From contig CAYHAI010000052.1 in assembly GCA_964354585.1 (NCBI GenBank), positions 6,283-70,282 on the forward strand: a stretch of DNA of 64,000 bases. Direction: 5' to 3'. Position numbers and translations under genes: made by a program. Origin of the DNA: an uncultured Planctomycetales bacterium. Its GTDB lineage: Bacteria; Omnitrophota; Gorgyraeia; Gygaellales; Profunditerraquicolaceae. Every line of letters starts with the position of its first letter. Positions within the stretch are counted from its first letter, which is position 1. Positions 61,359-64,000 of this stretch are shown piece after piece. The notes under the pieces are model-generated. The model was given only the letters and a program-made list of their open reading frames with translations. It searched no databases and was not told the origin of the DNA.

Positions 61359-62255
61359 TTATTTATTTAAAGGGACTTTTTCTTTATTCAGGCCGCGGTA
61401 TATCTCTACATATGCGCCTGCCTCTGGCTCAGCCTGCTTTACGGATTGCGACGGCGCAGTTTGCGGCATCACGTATTGAAACAGGGTATCCCAACTGGCC
61501 GGCGCTATAGGCTCTACTTTGGCATCGGTGGGCGAACGCAAAATCAATCTGAGCTTTCCCTGCTCTTGCACAAAGGCCATGAGATTTGCCTCTTGGGGAG
61601 TAAGCGCCAAAGTAATTAGCCCCCCCGCTGCTGTCTCTTTCTTAGTTTCACTTTTATATCTTGGCTGTGCGGCCATAGCCGGAGAACCTATGTCCTGGCC
61701 TACAGCCAAAATTAATACATTTTGGAACAGCGGCATTACTGCGGTTTGAGTCGCTGGTTTGCCTTCAGGGGTCTGCACCGTAATAGGCACCATGGCAATA
61801 ACATCTACATAGTCTCCGGGCCTAATCATTCCGCCCAAAGAAGCAATTTCATCTGCAGGAATAGAAATTGCCCTTTTGCCTACCGGTGTCACCGAGGCTA
61901 AATCGCCTACGCTGCGCGCTAAAGACAATTTACTTAAGGTAATCTGCTCATCCTTTGATATAGGAACGACCGCTGTCATTCCGGCAATTCTATCTAAAGA
62001 ACTTACCGCCCCCGGCTGTAAAAATTGATTGGGTACGACTTTTACGCCTAAGTCGTCAGGGCTTATAATTGCCCCCTGCGGGATATCTGTCTTGGCAAAT
62101 AATGCCGGGGTCTGGCTTGCCTGGTTCTTTTCGTATTTTCTCTGGGCAGACTCCTCGGCAACCATGCGCTGTTGATCAAGATAAACTTTAACCATAAATA
62201 CCGCGATTAAAGCCAAAACCACACCGATGATTAAAATAAGGCGTTGTTTTTGCAT
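61359..62255 (-). CDS. cpaB: Flp pilus assembly protein CpaB/RcpC
   Basis: 298 aa with an N-terminal TM anchor and a SAF/RcpC-like core. Its position is directly upstream of the secretin. Confidence 0.7.
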   Translation of the reverse strand: MQKQRLILIIGVVLALIAVFMVKVYLDQQRMVAEESAQRKYEKNQASQTPALFAKTDIPQGAIISPDDLGVKVVPNQFLQPGAVSSLDRIAGMTAVVPISKDEQITLSKLSLARSVGDLASVTPVGKRAISIPADEIASLGGMIRPGDYVDVIAMVPITVQTPEGKPATQTAVMPLFQNVLILAVGQDIGSPAMAAQPRYKSETKKETAAGGLITLALTPQEANLMAFVQEQGKLRLILRSPTDAKVEPIAPASWDTLFQYVMPQTAPSQSVKQAEPEAGAYVEIYRGLNKEKVPLNK

Positions 62256-63170
62256 CTATTTTATTTCTCCTTCCCGAATTTCTATTTTTGAATCCCGCGA
62301 AAGCTTGCCGATTAAGTCATCTATGCTTTTTTGCTGTTTAAGAAAAGTAAGCCCTTTCTTGATATCGTCCCACATTTCAGAAAGCGACCTTTGCTTGCCG
62401 CCGCGCTTGGCTTCTAATTTTAAAATGTAGTAACCGTCGGGCCCTCTAAAAATATTGCTGATTTTACCTACGTCTAAACTATCGGCAAAAGCCACCTCAT
62501 CAAATTGAGGCGCCTTATTTCCTCTTTTGATAAATCCTAAATCTCCGCCATTTGCGCTGCTGGCGGACTTAGACCTTTCTTTGGCCAAAGTAGCAAAATC
62601 TGCGCCTTGCAATAACTGAATCATTACATCCTTGGCCTCTTGCTCTGTGGAAACCATGATCTCCCTAACCTGTCTTTCTTCCGGCTCCTTGAGTTGTTCC
62701 TTATAGGTATTATAATAATCCTCTATTTCCCGCGAGCTGACATCAACTTTTTCGGTTTCCTGCTTTAACAATTCTATCATTAAAATTTCTCTTTTGTTCT
62801 TCTCTAGCGCCTTTAATGCCTCCTCATTCCTATCCAATCCCCTATCTAACGCCTCCTGATAAAGGAGTGTGCGGCGTAGGAGTTCATTTTTTAAATAATC
62901 AATCTTTTGTTCGCGCGTAGTAATCCTGGCCTCGGGTTTATTGTTCGTGGTCATTAAAGCATTGTAGGCGTCTATCTCGGCGTTTAAATCCTCCAAGGTA
63001 ATCGGTATGTTATTCACCTTGGCAATAAGCGTGCCCTTGACTTCTGTTTCGCTAGCGGGCTTGTCTTTTTTTATAGTCTTATTAGACAATAATAAATTGA
63101 TCTTATCGCAACCCAAGAAAAAAGATATCATAAAAAGAAAGATGCAGAGTATAATAAAACGCCGTTTCAT
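62256..63170 (-). CDS. SurA/PrsA-like periplasmic peptidyl-prolyl isomerase lipoprotein (parvulin domain)
   Basis: Lipobox FFLGC. Parvulin motif GGDLGFIKRGNKAPQFDEVAF...GYYILKL. Confidence 0.7.
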   Translation of the reverse strand: MKRRFIILCIFLFMISFFLGCDKINLLLSNKTIKKDKPASETEVKGTLIAKVNNIPITLEDLNAEIDAYNALMTTNNKPEARITTREQKIDYLKNELLRRTLLYQEALDRGLDRNEEALKALEKNKREILMIELLKQETEKVDVSSREIEDYYNTYKEQLKEPEERQVREIMVSTEQEAKDVMIQLLQGADFATLAKERSKSASSANGGDLGFIKRGNKAPQFDEVAFADSLDVGKISNIFRGPDGYYILKLEAKRGGKQRSLSEMWDDIKKGLTFLKQQKSIDDLIGKLSRDSKIEIREGEIK

Positions 63171-63183
63171 TTTCTCTCCTTTT

Positions 63184-63477
63184 TTATTCTTTCTTGATTT
63201 CGTTGATTATCTTAATCAATAAATCGGCGATTTTAGCAATAAGATAAAAGAAAAAGAAGAAGAAGGCGTAGATTGCTAAAATAATTACGCCCATCCAACG
63301 GGGATTGCCCGGGACCATGCCTAAAATTATGGAAATTCCGCCGATCACGCCCAGAAACAAAAAAATCCAGGCAGCAACTTTTACTACTACACTGGAAGTC
63401 TTTAAAAACCCTAAATGTTCACGCATCAGCCCTCCCTCGTTTTCTTTATTTTTAGCATAAAGTTTGCTAAAACGCAA
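63184..63477 (-). CDS. Small two-TM membrane protein of unknown function
   Basis: 97-aa ORF whose hydrophobic segments mark it as a membrane protein. No homology recognised. Confidence 0.35.
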   Translation of the reverse strand: MRFSKLYAKNKENEGGLMREHLGFLKTSSVVVKVAAWIFLFLGVIGGISIILGMVPGNPRWMGVIILAIYAFFFFFFYLIAKIADLLIKIINEIKKE

Positions 63478-63491
63478 GAGAAATTTTTATT

Positions 63492-63569
63492 GGTAGCCCC
63501 AACGAGATTTGAACTCGTGTTCTCAGCTTGAGAAGCTGGTGTCCTAGACCAGGCTAGACGATGGGGCCA
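63492..63569 (-). tRNA. tRNA-Glu (anticodon CUC), CCA encoded
   Basis: Minus-strand sequence GGCCCCA-UC-GUCU-AGCCUGGUCUA-GGAC-A-CCAGC-UUCUCAA-GCUGA-GAAC-ACGAG-UUCAAAU-CUCGU-UGGGGCU-A-CCA. The cloverleaf folds by hand. T-loop is TTCAAAT. Anticodon loop is UUCUCAA. Confidence 0.8.
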
Positions 63570-63813
63570 AAACATTCCTTAATAACTTCTTAAAGGCCGC
63601 GCCGCTTTTATATTTCTTAATTTGCCTTTCTCTGTGTATTGCTTGTAGTTGTGTTGTATATGCCTCGGTATACAATATTTTAAACGGACCTTTACCTTTT
63701 ACTGATCTTGTTTTTCCTCTATTATGCTCTTGCAACCTTCTTTCTAAGTTTTTTGTATATCCTATATAATACTTCCTATCTTTTAAACTCTGGAGTATAT
63801 AGACATAATACAT
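63544..63813 (-). CDS. GIY-YIG nuclease family protein (89 aa). Its 3' end overlaps the tRNA-Glu 5' end.
   Basis: YVYILQSLKDRKYYIGYTKNLERRLQEHNRG...PFKILYTEAY...ERQIKKYK matches the GIY-YIG pattern. The stop codon lies inside the tRNA (…LAPSSSLV*). Confidence 0.65.
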   Translation of the reverse strand: MYYVYILQSLKDRKYYIGYTKNLERRLQEHNRGKTRSVKGKGPFKILYTEAYTTQLQAIHRERQIKKYKSGAAFKKLLRNVLAPSSSLV

Positions 63814-63814
63814 T

Positions 63815-63914
63815 GGTGTCCTAGCCCAGGCTATCCCGCATACAGTTCTTTAATTGCACGATGCGGGATCCCGCCCCGAATAATTAAATTGCTGTGGCGG
63901 GAGACGATGGGGCC
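63815..63914 (-). pseudogene. Duplicated 5' portion of tRNA-Glu (nt 1-31), disrupted by a 69-nt insert that forms two perfect hairpins
   Basis: Minus strand: GGCCCCATCGTCT-[CCCGCC...GGCGGG hairpin + ATCCCGCAT...ATGCGGGAT hairpin]-AGCCTGGGCTAGGACACC. It matches tRNA positions 1-31 with one substitution. It is immediately followed by the GIY-YIG ATG. Confidence 0.6.
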
Positions 63915-63931
63915 AAAATTCTATTTTGCTT

Positions 63932-63960
63932 ATTCTAATATAAAGATACCATAAGGTCAA
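63932..63960 (-). promoter_or_regulatory. tRNA-type sigma70 promoter TTGACC-17-TAGAAT upstream of the tRNA fragment / GIY-YIG / tRNA-Glu unit
   Basis: -35 at plus 63955-63960 and -10 at plus 63932-63937. The TSS is predicted about 10 nt upstream of the GGCCCC start of the duplicated fragment. Confidence 0.5.
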
Positions 63961-64000
63961 TAAATTTATTGACCCCGTTAGATAATGTGCTATTATTTAA

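Noticed and set aside
63815-63914. Possibility that the upstream tRNA fragment plus 69-nt insert is an intron-containing functional tRNA
   Set aside because: After position 31 the sequence continues directly into the GIY-YIG start codon. It has no anticodon, T-arm or acceptor 3' strand. It is a fragment and not a split tRNA.

Overview
This window is dominated by the 5' 44.7 kb of one giant minus-strand gene (ATG at 44764, running off the window at position 1, at least 14,921 codons). Upstream on the same strand lies a Tad/Flp (type IVc) pilus locus that has been split by a small mobile-DNA island.

The giant ORF is not in the supplied ORF track. That fits a track that reports only ORFs complete within the window. 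I reverse-complemented and translated the whole stretch by eye and noticed no in-frame stop, but I later caught a misread around 25644, so that read-through is supportive rather than proof. The decisive evidence is that any internal stop or frameshift would have produced a reportable minus-strand ORF, and none is present across 44 kb. An upper length cut-off in the track would instead hide several adjacent ORFs of more than 1,000 aa, so several large adjacent genes cannot be excluded.

The translation is coherent throughout. It begins with an N-terminal signal anchor and a C39-like Cys/His peptidase domain, and then shows:
- a P-loop segment;
- many predicted transmembrane helices;
- HEAT- and TPR-like repeats;
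- a PEP-utilizing-enzyme domain (GLCRTE / GTNDY motifs);
- a LysM domain, an M28 metallopeptidase domain and a glycoside-hydrolase TIM-barrel domain;
- several internal tandem repeat blocks.

Upstream of its start codon I see a near-consensus sigma70 promoter and a structured leader about 330 nt long. The leader has a GNRA-capped hairpin motif that reminds me of a c-di-GMP-I (GEMM) riboswitch, followed by an intrinsic-terminator-like hairpin and a pair of direct repeats.

The Tad locus, read along the minus strand, runs:
- SurA-like PPIase lipoprotein;
- CpaB;
- a CpaC secretin carrying a C-terminal TonB_C-like domain;
- a fused CpaE/TadZ-like ParA ATPase + CpaF/TadA ATPase;
- the inserted island;
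- about 10 tandem Flp-family pilin paralogs;
- four TadE/F/G-like pseudopilins, including Cys-rich 375- and 684-aa proteins;
- TadB, then TadC, then the giant gene.

The island contains a REP-associated tyrosine transposase (RAYT, IS200-like HuH) flanked by inverted REP-like repeats. It also carries a putative HTH + DDE transposase driven by a consensus promoter, and a DUF192 protein. A related palindrome family (GGGACNGTCCC pairs) occurs intergenically and, strikingly, twice in-frame inside the giant gene's N-terminal peptidase domain.

At the 3' end of the window a tRNA-Glu(CUC) gene is preceded by a small GIY-YIG nuclease ORF. Upstream of that is a duplicated, hairpin-disrupted copy of the tRNA 5' part, and the whole unit is driven by a tRNA-type promoter. 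This looks like a selfish insertion into a tRNA gene.

No CRISPR array or rRNA was seen.

The system I would follow up is the giant enzyme-laden surface protein under a possibly nucleotide-second-messenger-controlled leader, tightly linked to an expanded Tad pilus with unusual fusions. It resembles giant-gene lineages of ultrasmall bacteria (for example Omnitrophota), but that assignment is only a guess.
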